A stretch of 64,000 bases of DNA from an uncultured Clostridia bacterium. Its GTDB lineage: Bacteria > Acidobacteriota > Blastocatellia > Chloracidobacteriales > Chloracidobacteriaceae. Under the pieces are notes generated by a model. It saw only the letters and a program-made list of their open reading frames with translations, had not been told where the DNA came from and did no database searches. The DNA lies in the NCBI GenBank assembly GCA_964639175.1, contig CAZXCE010000001.1, forward strand, positions 2,188-66,187, read 5' to 3'. The translations under genes were made by a program, and so were the position numbers. Positions 27,647 through 37,496 of the stretch are shown here, piece after piece (position 1 is the stretch's first letter; every line of letters begins with the position of its first letter).

Positions 27647-28089
27647 AAGACTTCATTCAACTGAGCGGCCTGTCTGCGTAAATTACCTGCCATTTCCTGG
27701 ATATGCTCCAAAGAGGCATGAGCACACTTGCCTTCCGTTGTGTTGAGACTATCTTCAATATGTGTTAATGCCGTCATCAGTGAATTTTTCAGCAAGAGAA
27801 CCCTGTGAACCTGTCGTAACGCTTCACCTGGTGCGGTATACAAAGCGGCTCGGGATCGAATTACATCCTCATCAAACAACAGGAGTGTGTGTTTGAGTTC
27901 CTGAATATGGCTTAAACACCCAGTCCTATGAGAAAAGGCTTTTTCTGGCAGTGGTTTGGAGCAACAGCACTTTCCACCCTGGTGTTTATCAAGATCACAG
28001 CAATCGCACGTTGGTGGAAGCTGAGCCAGCTCATCGGCTAACTTCAGCGCATCGAAATAAATATCTTGCAATTGATGAAACAATCCCAT
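27643..28089 (-). CDS. Cys-cluster helical protein of unknown function
   Basis: 148 aa. TCDCCDLDKHQGGKCCCS has six Cys in 16 residues; further Cys/His occur in GCLSHIQ and GKCAHASLEH. Lies 18 nt downstream of cusA and overlaps the next gene by 4 nt. Confidence 0.6.
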   Translation of the reverse strand: MGLFHQLQDIYFDALKLADELAQLPPTCDCCDLDKHQGGKCCCSKPLPEKAFSHRTGCLSHIQELKHTLLLFDEDVIRSRAALYTAPGEALRQVHRVLLLKNSLMTALTHIEDSLNTTEGKCAHASLEHIQEMAGNLRRQAAQLNEVL

Positions 28090-28107
28090 AATTCCCCCTT
28101 CAAGCAG

Positions 28108-31100
28108 TCAGGTTGCGATGGATGTTGGAACAGGCGACTGATCCGAAGGCTGACTATCCGGTGTTTCCTTACGAACATAGAAATACCAGCGCCAAACTTC
28201 ATAAATCGCTGGATAGACGATGAGTTCCATAATAAACGAAGTGAAAATTCCTCCAATCATTGGAGCCGCAATACGTTTCATTACATCTGCTCCGCTGCCT
28301 GTGGCCCACATAATTGGAACCAATCCCATGAACATTACCGCTACGGTCATAAACTTCGGACGGAGTCGTTTGACAGCTCCTTCAACAATGGCATGGCGCA
28401 GATGTTCTTTCGTGTGCATCAAGCCCCTGGCTTTTTGATCGTAATAGGCGATATCTAAATAGAGCAGCATAAAGACACCCGTTTCAGCATCTACACCCAT
28501 TAAGGCAATTAAGCCAACCCAAACGGCAATGCTCAAATTGTAGTCCAGCAAGTACAAAAACCAGATGGCACCAACTGCTGAGAATGGCACGGCCAGAAAA
28601 ATAATAATGGTCTTGGCGACTGAACGAGTATTGAAATACAACAACATGGCGATGATGAAGAGCGTCACGGGCACGACGAGCATCAATTTTTCCTCTACCC
28701 GTTGCATACTTTCGTATTGACCACTCCAGACCAACGTGTATCCGGGAGGCATTTGAACTTTCTCACGCACGGCTTTTTTGGCATCCTTGACGTACCCACC
28801 AACATCACGTCCAGAAATATCAACGTAGACGTAGCCACTTAACCGCCCATTTTCATCCCGAATCATCCCAGGACCTGAAATCAATTTAATATCAGCAATT
28901 TGGGCCATTGGTATTTGGGCTCCATTCATGGTTGGGACCAGAGTACGTCCCAACCGATCTATAGTGCTTCGATAGTCACGCAGGTAGCGCACGTTGACTG
29001 GATATCGTTCGCGTCCTTCAACCGTTGTCGTAATGTTTTCACCTCCAATGGCTGACATAATCACCATTTCGGCTTGTCCAACCGACAACCCATAGCGGGC
29101 AAGTTCTTCCCGCTTTAAATTGAAGTCCAGAAAATATCCACCAGCGGTTCGTTCGGCAAAAACACTGGTTGTACCAGGAACTTCTTTGACAACAGCTTCA
29201 ATATGTTGCCCAATTTCTTCGATTTTGTTTAAGTTTGGGCCAAGAACTTTGATTCCAATTGGAGTGCGAACTCCAGTCGTCAGCATATCAATGCGGGCTT
29301 TGATCGGCATCGTCCAGGCATTCACGGTTCCTGGGATTTGCAAGGTTTCATTGAGCCCTCCAGGACCATAGATCAATTCCTGAGTGCTTTTGTGGTCAGG
29401 CCAGGCTCGGCGAAGCCAATCCTGTAACCAGGTTGGTGCCCAGTCGGAATACCAGCGCGGTATTTTGGGCCATTCAGAGGGTGGTTTAAGCACAATGACG
29501 GTTTCCATCATAGAAAAAGGGGCCGGATCGGTTGCGGTTTCCGCACGCCCTGCTTTGCCATGCACACTTTGCACTTCTGGAAACGACTTGATGAGTTTGT
29601 CTTGGACCTGGAGAAGTTTTTGGGCCTCAGTCACGGAAATGCCTGGAAGCATGGTGGGCATATAGAGCAGTGAGCCTTCGTCCAAAGCTGGCATGAATTC
29701 TGATCCCAACCGAAAATAGATCGGTACTGTGAGTACTACAATCAATACCGCCGATACGATAGTCATCCATTGATGACGAAGCACAAACTTCACCACTGGG
29801 TGATATATCCGCATAAGCGGACGGCTGATGGGATGAGTATCCTCGCTGTGAATGGTCCCTATAAAAATCCCGTTCACCAGGCCACACAGCCAACGTGGAC
29901 GAAAGCTGAAATGATCCATGCGGGTGAACATCAACCGGATCGCCGGGTCCAGTGTAATCGCCAGCACCGCCGCGATGACCATGGAAAATGTTTTAGTATA
30001 GGCCAGGGGTTTAAAGAGTCGCCCTTCCTGGGCTTCCAAAGCAAAGACTGGAATAAAACTAACAGCGATCACGAGCAGGGCAAAGAAGCTGGGGCCGCCG
30101 ACTTCCTTCACGGCACTTATGACGACGGTATGGAAATCCCCTGGGCGTCCATCAGCCTGCCAGTGTTCCAATTTTTTGTGGGTTTGCTCCACCACGACAA
30201 TCGCCGCATCTACCATTGCACCAATGGCGATGGCGATACCGCCCAGCGACATGATGTTGGCAGTGAGTTCCATCTGCTGCATCGGAATAAAGGCAATGAC
30301 GATGGCTACGGGGATGGTAATGATAGGAATAATGGCGCTAGGAATGTGCCAGAGAAAAATTAAAATCACCAGACTGACGATGATGAGTTCCTCGATGAGC
30401 GTGCCTTTCAATGTTTCAATGGATCGCTCAATGAGCTCTGACCGATCATAGGTAGCGACAATTTTCACCCCGGGTGGAAGGCTCGGCTCGATATCGGCCA
30501 ATTTTGATTTGACGCGATCAATGACCTTGAGAGCATTTTCCCCAACTCGCATGATCACAATGGCGCCGACTGCTTCTCCCCGTCCATTGTGTTCTCCAAC
30601 GCCGCGCCGAATATCGGGTCCCAAGACTACCGTACCCAGGCTTTTTATCAGGATGGGTGTTCCGGTTTCAGGATTGGTTCCGACAACAATGTTTTCAATA
30701 TCAGCCACCGAGCGAATGTAGCCACGACCGCGAACCATGTATTCCCGCCCCGAGAACTCTATCAAGCGCCCACCGATATCATTATTGCCCTCCCGAATGG
30801 TTTCAATCACTTTATCAATCGGGATTTTGTATCCGAGCAATGAGTTGGGATCGAGATTGATTTGGTACTGGCGAACAAATCCACCTAACGGAGCAACTTC
30901 AGCCACCCCTGGAACGGATTGCAATTCATACCGCAAATGCCAATCTTGAAGTGAGCGCAGTTCCGCCAGATTGTGTTTTCCAGTTTCATCAACCAACACG
31001 TATTGATACACCCATCCGACAGCCGTTTCATCTCGTGCGAGTTCAACATTGACGCCTGATGGTAGTTTGGGGAGGATGTTGTTGAGATATTCCAATGTGC

Positions 31101-31422
31101 GTGACCGTGCCCAGTAAATGTCCGTTCCTTCTTCAAAAATGATATAAACGTATGAGAACCCAAAATCAGAAAACCCTCGAATATCCTTGACCTTTGGCAC
31201 GCCGAGCATTGATCGGATGATCGGGTATGTGACCTGATCCTCCATGATATCTGGACTTCGATCCCACCGTGAATAAATAATGACCTGCGTATCCGACAAA
31301 TCCGGAATGGCATCCAGCCGAATATTTCGCATCGCGTGTATCCCTGCGAGCACGGCGAGCACAATGAAAACCAGCACCAGAAATTTATTATGGGCACACC
31401 ATTCGATTATTTTGTCAATCAT
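28108..31422 (-). CDS. cusA: Copper/silver efflux RND transporter, CusA type
   Basis: 1104 aa. TM4 is GGIAIAIGAMVDAAIVVVEQTHKKL (AIG-DAA signature of CusA-type pumps). N-terminus MIDKIIEWCAHNKFLV. Confidence 0.93.
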   Translation of the reverse strand: MIDKIIEWCAHNKFLVLVFIVLAVLAGIHAMRNIRLDAIPDLSDTQVIIYSRWDRSPDIMEDQVTYPIIRSMLGVPKVKDIRGFSDFGFSYVYIIFEEGTDIYWARSRTLEYLNNILPKLPSGVNVELARDETAVGWVYQYVLVDETGKHNLAELRSLQDWHLRYELQSVPGVAEVAPLGGFVRQYQINLDPNSLLGYKIPIDKVIETIREGNNDIGGRLIEFSGREYMVRGRGYIRSVADIENIVVGTNPETGTPILIKSLGTVVLGPDIRRGVGEHNGRGEAVGAIVIMRVGENALKVIDRVKSKLADIEPSLPPGVKIVATYDRSELIERSIETLKGTLIEELIIVSLVILIFLWHIPSAIIPIITIPVAIVIAFIPMQQMELTANIMSLGGIAIAIGAMVDAAIVVVEQTHKKLEHWQADGRPGDFHTVVISAVKEVGGPSFFALLVIAVSFIPVFALEAQEGRLFKPLAYTKTFSMVIAAVLAITLDPAIRLMFTRMDHFSFRPRWLCGLVNGIFIGTIHSEDTHPISRPLMRIYHPVVKFVLRHQWMTIVSAVLIVVLTVPIYFRLGSEFMPALDEGSLLYMPTMLPGISVTEAQKLLQVQDKLIKSFPEVQSVHGKAGRAETATDPAPFSMMETVIVLKPPSEWPKIPRWYSDWAPTWLQDWLRRAWPDHKSTQELIYGPGGLNETLQIPGTVNAWTMPIKARIDMLTTGVRTPIGIKVLGPNLNKIEEIGQHIEAVVKEVPGTTSVFAERTAGGYFLDFNLKREELARYGLSVGQAEMVIMSAIGGENITTTVEGRERYPVNVRYLRDYRSTIDRLGRTLVPTMNGAQIPMAQIADIKLISGPGMIRDENGRLSGYVYVDISGRDVGGYVKDAKKAVREKVQMPPGYTLVWSGQYESMQRVEEKLMLVVPVTLFIIAMLLYFNTRSVAKTIIIFLAVPFSAVGAIWFLYLLDYNLSIAVWVGLIALMGVDAETGVFMLLYLDIAYYDQKARGLMHTKEHLRHAIVEGAVKRLRPKFMTVAVMFMGLVPIMWATGSGADVMKRIAAPMIGGIFTSFIMELIVYPAIYEVWRWYFYVRKETPDSQPSDQSPVPTSIAT

Positions 31423-31434
31423 AGGTTCTCGCCT

Positions 31435-33045
31435 TTATTGGGATTTATGTCCAGAATGGTCGGCTGTTTTTTTGTCCCGTTGGGGCTCTGATGGTTTGGG
31501 CTGGGAATGGTTCATTCCAGCCATGCTGCCGGTGGCGGATTTCAATCGGCTTTCGGAATCAATGAGAAAATTGCCGGAAGTGACAATTTTTTCACCAGCT
31601 TCCAAGCCGTTCAGAACAATGAACCGATTGCCGACTTTTGTTCCAAGTTGTACTTTGCGGGGCTCAAAATATCCGCCTTCCAGAGCAACAAAGACAGTTT
31701 GTTCGGTACCAGAATCCAATACTGATTCTTCAGGGATGGAAAGTTGTTCTCCGTAACCAATCTGAATCTCAACATTGGCATACATATCCGGCTTGAGTTT
31801 GAACCTGGGATTGGGAAGCTCGATCCGTACTTTCAACGTCCGGGTCATATTGTCAAGTTGTGGATAGATATAGGTGACTTTGCCACGAAATGTTTCCCCT
31901 GGAAACGCTGAGAAGGTTATTGTAACTGACTGTCCCAGCTTGATGGACGGGATTTCATATTCATAAATATCAGCCAACACCCAGATGTTGGAAAGGTCTG
32001 CAATCGTATAAAGTTCCGTCTCAGGTGTCACCCGTTGCTGTTCAAATGCGTTTCTGGTCAGAACAAACCCATCATTGGGCGCATAGAGCGTGAGTGTTCG
32101 CATTGGCTCACCACGTTCCTCAAGTTGCTTTATTTCCATTTCAGGAATGTCCCACAACAACAATCGTTTTTTGCTGGATTCAAACAAAGAGTTCGTACTG
32201 GTTGCAATTTCCCTATATTCACTCTTTCCGAGATAATTCTTGGCTTTGAGTGCCAGCAGGTATTCCTGTTGTGTGGAAACCAGTTCTGGGCTGTAGAGAT
32301 TGATGAGGGGTTGACCTTTCGTCACAAGTTTACCGGTGAAATCAACAAATACTTTGTCAAGCCAGCCATCAATTTTGGTGTGGACGCGTGTAATTTTGGT
32401 TTCGTCATAGGTCGCACGCCCTACAGCCCGAATGGTATGGGTGAGGGTGTCTGAGGTTACCTCGCCGTATGTGATACCTATCAGTTGCTGTTTCGCCGCA
32501 GTAATTTTCACGGTTCCAGGGGGCATTTCTGCTTGAGAGCCTTCTTCAGCATAAACTGGGACCAACTCCATTCCATCAGGTGCTTTCCCAGGTTTGTCTG
32601 AGCGGTTTGCTGGGTTCATGGGATCTTGCCAGTAAAGAATCTTTCGTTCACCCGTTGCCCCTGAAGTCTCCGGGCTGGAAGTTTCGGCCTTAACCAATGT
32701 CATGTTGCAAATCGGGCAGGTTCCTGGTCTTGGCGACTTATATTGAGGATGCATCGGGCAATAAAACACATCGGCTGACTGACTGGCTGATGGTTGATCA
32801 GTCTGTAATCCCAGCCAGTGCCCAACCCGGCTATTACGCCAGGTCTCACGGTAGACATATACCGCCGCAACACTTACCACAACCAAAACTAACCACCCCA
32901 GCCACCGGCGATTGCGCTTTGGCAGTTTTGAGGGGCGGGGCGGTTGAGATTCGACAACTGCAGCCGTTTCCGGCACCGCCAGTTCATCTGGTTGTTCCTC
33001 CTCCTGTGGTTTTTGAGGGAATTGTGGTGAAAGAGGGTCACCCAT
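31435..33045 (-). CDS. cusB: CusB-like periplasmic adaptor with an N-terminal heavy-metal-binding Cys motif
   Basis: FYCPMHPQYKSPRPGTCPICNMTL is a CxxH...CxxC metal-binding domain common in Cu/Ag adaptors. It is followed by the membrane-fusion-protein (MFP) core (YAPNDGFVLTRNAFEQQRVTPETELYTIADLSNIWVLADIYE). Confidence 0.9.
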   Translation of the reverse strand: MGDPLSPQFPQKPQEEEQPDELAVPETAAVVESQPPRPSKLPKRNRRWLGWLVLVVVSVAAVYVYRETWRNSRVGHWLGLQTDQPSASQSADVFYCPMHPQYKSPRPGTCPICNMTLVKAETSSPETSGATGERKILYWQDPMNPANRSDKPGKAPDGMELVPVYAEEGSQAEMPPGTVKITAAKQQLIGITYGEVTSDTLTHTIRAVGRATYDETKITRVHTKIDGWLDKVFVDFTGKLVTKGQPLINLYSPELVSTQQEYLLALKAKNYLGKSEYREIATSTNSLFESSKKRLLLWDIPEMEIKQLEERGEPMRTLTLYAPNDGFVLTRNAFEQQRVTPETELYTIADLSNIWVLADIYEYEIPSIKLGQSVTITFSAFPGETFRGKVTYIYPQLDNMTRTLKVRIELPNPRFKLKPDMYANVEIQIGYGEQLSIPEESVLDSGTEQTVFVALEGGYFEPRKVQLGTKVGNRFIVLNGLEAGEKIVTSGNFLIDSESRLKSATGSMAGMNHSQPKPSEPQRDKKTADHSGHKSQ

Positions 33046-33060
33046 AATAGTTCTTTCCTT

Positions 33061-34428
33061 TCAGTGTGTAAGTTCCACGCCAAGATATGGTTCCATCGCG
33101 GCCAAAGCTTTTTCCTCAGCACTCAATTGTTCGTAGTAACTGAGTTGGTAATTGAGTAATGTAACCAGATTGTCAAGCAGGGTCAGAAAATCCACCTTAC
33201 CAACTTCATAACCAGCAATGGCCGAGTCCAGAGAGAGAGTTGCCTGAGGAATGATGGTGGTTCCATAGAGTTTGATGAGCCGTTCAGCCGTGGTAACCGC
33301 CAGGTAACGCTCCTTCAGCTTAAAAAAGAGTAACGTTGTAAGATTTTCCAATCGCTTTTCTTCCATCGCTGAACTTGCACTGGCTTCGGTTAAGGCTGGG
33401 CGTTGTTTTTTCCAAAAGTAAAGCGGCAATTTAACTCCGATAGTTAAACCGTACATTTCAGGCAATTGGGGGCGGTGAAAATAGGTAAACCCAAATGAGA
33501 AATCAGGATAGAACTCTTTTTGTGCAAGTTGGATTCCAAAACGCTCTCGATCAACCTTCCGTTTCTGGGCTTGTATGGTTGGAAAATTTGCCAATGCTGT
33601 TTCTTTTAATTGGGTCATTGTCCAGGAAAAATCTGAGTGGGTGAGTTCTTGAGGTTTTCCAAGTGGGGAATCTGGGTCTCGAAAAAGCAGGCTATTAATG
33701 CGAGCCTCAACCGTTAGCTTGCGTTGTTCCAGTACCGTAAGTTGATCAATCAGTTTTGATATCTCAACCTGAGCTTTCAATACATCTTGTTGAATTCCTT
33801 TGCCGACAGCGTAACGTGCCTCTGCAATCTGAGTGAACTTTTCCAGAAGGTCTTTATTTTTTGTAATGATATGAATTGCTTTGAGAACATACCACCACTC
33901 GAAGTAAGCATCTTTCATCTCAGCAATTACATTGAGTCGGATTTGTTGATAATTCCACCACTCCGAATCAGCTTCAACCGAAGCCATTTTTTCTTTTAAG
34001 GCAAGTTTACCTGGAAATGGGACCTCCTGGGTAAAGCTCAACATACGCGCACTTGCTGGGTCTTCCTTTTGGAGATCAAAGAAGGGAAGGGGATTGATAT
34101 TTCCAGCGTAGCTATAACTCAGTGTAGGTTCCGGCAGTGCTTTGGCTTGTGGAATACGAGCACGCATTCGGTCAAAATTACGCCGCATAGACTTAATTTC
34201 AGGATTGTGCTCCATTGCCTGAGTAATCAAGTCCGGCAGAGAAACAGCGGTTGCTTCTGGTACCTGATCGTTCTCAGTGGTTCGATCAACAAGGAGATCG
34301 TCCGTTGTTTGGGAATATGAAGTAGGATTTGTTAGACCTTGTTGCCCAAGAACGCTGTTTCCAAACAATAAGAAAGTCAGCCCCCAAACCAAAGAGATAT
34401 AAAATACAAATTTCACCCTTTTGCTCAT
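33061..34428 (-). CDS. cusC: TolC-family outer membrane factor, CusC-like
   Basis: OEP repeats. I prefer the ATG at 34428 (MSKRVKFVFYISLVWGLTFLLFGNSVLGQ, a good signal peptide). The ORF extends to 34488. Confidence 0.85.
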   Translation of the reverse strand: MSKRVKFVFYISLVWGLTFLLFGNSVLGQQGLTNPTSYSQTTDDLLVDRTTENDQVPEATAVSLPDLITQAMEHNPEIKSMRRNFDRMRARIPQAKALPEPTLSYSYAGNINPLPFFDLQKEDPASARMLSFTQEVPFPGKLALKEKMASVEADSEWWNYQQIRLNVIAEMKDAYFEWWYVLKAIHIITKNKDLLEKFTQIAEARYAVGKGIQQDVLKAQVEISKLIDQLTVLEQRKLTVEARINSLLFRDPDSPLGKPQELTHSDFSWTMTQLKETALANFPTIQAQKRKVDRERFGIQLAQKEFYPDFSFGFTYFHRPQLPEMYGLTIGVKLPLYFWKKQRPALTEASASSAMEEKRLENLTTLLFFKLKERYLAVTTAERLIKLYGTTIIPQATLSLDSAIAGYEVGKVDFLTLLDNLVTLLNYQLSYYEQLSAEEKALAAMEPYLGVELTH

Positions 34429-34477
34429 AACATAATCTTTTCTTGTTGAGTCAGTTGATTGGAATTTTATTTTTTCC

Positions 34478-34855
34478 CTATTCCACAATCAGCCTTCCAC
34501 GGAGCATTCCCATTTGGCAGGTGAACTCATATTCACCTGGAATGTATGGTGTAAATTCGAGAGCCACGGTTTCACCTACCGGTAGATTGAGACGCTGGTT
34601 AAAATCTGGAAGGATTACCATTTCAGAACACACCGCAATTTCCTCACGGCGGAAACTGAGGCGAACTGGCTTCCCCTGCTGGACAACTACCACATTGGGG
34701 GTATACCCACCCTTGACCACAATCAGGACTTCTTGAAGATTGCTTTCCATCGGTACAGGGCGGATGTATTGAAGTTTCTTGAACCAGAAAAACCAAATTA
34801 TAAAACTGATCAATGCCCCTCCTAAAAACGTTATCATCCAACGATCTAGTGTCAT
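34478..34855 (-). CDS. Membrane-anchored cupredoxin-like domain protein
   Basis: N-terminal TM helix. The C-terminal [16 protein letters not shown] motif is typical of small cupredoxin-like proteins next to CopA. Overlaps the copA stop by 4 nt. Confidence 0.7.
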   Translation of the reverse strand: MTLDRWMITFLGGALISFIIWFFWFKKLQYIRPVPMESNLQEVLIVVKGGYTPNVVVVQQGKPVRLSFRREEIAVCSEMVILPDFNQRLNLPVGETVALEFTPYIPGEYEFTCQMGMLRGRLIVE

Positions 34856-37344
34856 ACAATCGCTCCTTTCGGAGTGAAATTGCGGAGCCGATTGGCGTTG
34901 GCAATCACGGTGACTGAACTGAACGCCATTGCTATTGCTGCAATGGTCGGTGAGAGTAACCAGCCGAAAAATGGATAGAGCAGCCCCATAGCGATAGAGA
35001 CTCCTAAAATATTGTAGATAAAGGCTCCAAACAGATTTTGGTGAATGTTTATCAAGGTAGCCTGGCTAATTTCCAACGCGGTTATGACTCCCATCAAATC
35101 CCCCCGAATGAGAGTGATGTCACTGGCTTCAATCGCCAGATCTGTTCCAGTACCAATGGCAATACCGAGATGAGCCTGGGCCAGAGCAGGAGCATCGTTG
35201 ATACCATCTCCCACCATGGCTACGATTTTGCCGTTAAGTTGCAATTTGTGAATTTCATGGGCTTTGTCTTGAGGAAGAATTTCGGCGAGGACTTGATAAA
35301 TTCCGACTTGGCGAGCCACAGCCTGAGCTGTGTATTTGTTGTCACCTGACAGAAGCACCGTTTCAATCCCTGCTTTGCGAAGCAGGGCAATGGCTGGCTC
35401 AGAATCAGGTTTCAAACTGTCGGTGACTGCAATAACCCCGGAAATTTGCCCATCTACGGCAATGTAAACAGGTGTTTTTCCAGCCGTAGCAAAGTTTTGC
35501 CAGTATCCACTTAGAATACAGGTGTCAATTTGATGTTCTTTCATCAAGCCAGCATTTCCCAGTAAAACCTCTCGTTTCCCAATTGTCCCCTGAATACCGA
35601 GACCTGGATGGGTTATAAAGAAGCGAGGCTCCTCCAACTTAAGTTCCATACTTTGAGCTGCTGTCACCACTGCTTCACCCAGAGGGTGTTGTGATCTGCG
35701 TTCCAGTGAAGCTGCCAGTCGGAGTAGTTCAACCTCTCCAAAACCGGCAGCCGCAATAACATCAGTTATTACAGGCTTACCCATTGTGACGGTGCCAGTT
35801 TTATCGAACACTACAACATCAATTTTTTGAGTTACTTGCAGCACATCACCAGAGCGAATGAGAATACCATGCTGGGCTGCTTTGCCAACACCGACCGACA
35901 AGGATATAGGCGCCGCCAGCCCTAAGGCACAAGGGCAGGCAATAATGAGCGTTGTGGCCAGGACGATAGTAGCGTAGATCAGGCGTGGCTCCGGACCAAA
36001 GTCGTACCAAACCACAAAGGCTAACACGGCTAAAATCATAACCGCTGGCACAAAATATCCCGAAAGCGTATCCACAGTTTTCTGAATAGGAGATTTTGAA
36101 CCTTCAGCATCATGAACCATCCGAATAATGTTGGCGAGCACTGTATCTTTGCCAACCCTGGTTGCACGAATACTGAAACTACCATTCTGGTTCAAGGTGC
36201 CACCAATAACCTCATTTCCTGCCGTCTTCTCCACCAGGAGCGGTTCGCCACTAAGTATAGACTCATCCACTGTGCTGAAACCTGAAATCACCACCCCATC
36301 AACAGGGATCTTCTCTCCCGGATGCACCACAATCACGTCCTCAATCTCAACTTCTTCAACCGGTAAGTCAATTTCCTGATCATTGCGGACAACCCGGGCC
36401 GTTTTGGATTGCAAACCAACCATTTTTCGGATGGCTTCTGAAGTTTTCCTACAGGCTTTGGTTTCTAATGCAGCCCCAAACAAAATCAGTGCAATGACCA
36501 GTGTCGCACTATCCCAGAAGGCTCCGATCATTATTTCTTCCGGAAACCAATCCTGAAAAATAACTGTTGCTGTTGAGTAAAGAAATGCTGTGGATGTGCC
36601 CATTGCAACCAGGGTATTCATATTGGCTGAACGGCATTTCAGGGCCTGCCAGGCCCCGACAAAAAATTGTGAACCAGACCAGACCAATACAGGTACAGTT
36701 AAAATTCCTAATGCCGCCCATACCAGGCGCAGCCTGGTACTGCCCATTGGTAACCAGTCGCTCAATCCTGGAATCATATGCGGATCACCAAATATCATCA
36801 CAAGAAACGAAACCCCTGCCGCCAACCAGAATTTCTGCATAAGCACCTGGTATTCAGCTTCCTGTTCAGATTGCTCTCGATCAACATTGAACTGACTTTC
36901 AGGCAATGGAGCATCAACCACTTGATATCCGGTTGAAGTTATGACCTGTTTTATTTGATCAAAGGTTGTCAATTCTGGCAGATATTCAATGAGGATTTCC
37001 CGAGTGTTGAGATTAATTGAAGCTGAGAGCACACCTTGGGTATTGCAAAGCACCTGTTCAATCTGCGTAATGCAAGAAGCACAGTTCATGCCCTTAATGG
37101 AAAATCGAACACTGGCACTCCCTGCTGTATATCCAGCAGCCCGAATTGCCCCAACTACCTTGGAAAGAGAAACACAATCAGGATCGTAAGTGATATCCGC
37201 CATCCTGTTTGCCAGATTGACAGAAACCTGCTGGATGCCGCGAACTTTTTTTATCTCTGTTTCAATTGCACGTGCGCATCTTGGGCAAAATATTCCGGAA
37301 ATCGGCAGTTGAGTATGTTGAGTCGTTGGGGATTGGGTGGTCAT
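34852..37344 (-). CDS. copA: Copper-translocating P1B-type ATPase
   Basis: Two HMA domains ([24 protein letters not shown]). CPC motif [18 protein letters not shown] ([10 protein letters not shown]). [10 protein letters not shown]. Confidence 0.95.
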   Translation of the reverse strand: MTTQSPTTQHTQLPISGIFCPRCARAIETEIKKVRGIQQVSVNLANRMADITYDPDCVSLSKVVGAIRAAGYTAGSASVRFSIKGMNCASCITQIEQVLCNTQGVLSASINLNTREILIEYLPELTTFDQIKQVITSTGYQVVDAPLPESQFNVDREQSEQEAEYQVLMQKFWLAAGVSFLVMIFGDPHMIPGLSDWLPMGSTRLRLVWAALGILTVPVLVWSGSQFFVGAWQALKCRSANMNTLVAMGTSTAFLYSTATVIFQDWFPEEIMIGAFWDSATLVIALILFGAALETKACRKTSEAIRKMVGLQSKTARVVRNDQEIDLPVEEVEIEDVIVVHPGEKIPVDGVVISGFSTVDESILSGEPLLVEKTAGNEVIGGTLNQNGSFSIRATRVGKDTVLANIIRMVHDAEGSKSPIQKTVDTLSGYFVPAVMILAVLAFVVWYDFGPEPRLIYATIVLATTLIIACPCALGLAAPISLSVGVGKAAQHGILIRSGDVLQVTQKIDVVVFDKTGTVTMGKPVITDVIAAAGFGEVELLRLAASLERRSQHPLGEAVVTAAQSMELKLEEPRFFITHPGLGIQGTIGKREVLLGNAGLMKEHQIDTCILSGYWQNFATAGKTPVYIAVDGQISGVIAVTDSLKPDSEPAIALLRKAGIETVLLSGDNKYTAQAVARQVGIYQVLAEILPQDKAHEIHKLQLNGKIVAMVGDGINDAPALAQAHLGIAIGTGTDLAIEASDITLIRGDLMGVITALEISQATLINIHQNLFGAFIYNILGVSIAMGLLYPFFGWLLSPTIAAIAMAFSSVTVIANANRLRNFTPKGAIV

Positions 37345-37496
37345 GATTTCTTCACTTCCTGGTGCAATTCCCTACAAAGTTCTCATTAGCAGTTTGTGGC
37401 CCACCAAATCACAAACCATCAGTCGTTTTGCTGGCCCAACGTGCTAAATGAAACTGGTTAAGCAATCTGTGTTGCCTTCAAAATCTTAGCTGACAC

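Noticed and set aside
37388-37403. Possible sigma-54 promoter on the minus strand upstream of copA (TGGGCC-acaaa-CTGCT)
   Set aside because: GG and GC are correctly spaced, but the flanking consensus bases are poor compared with the 42357 site. The match is too weak to report as a feature without a transcription start map.
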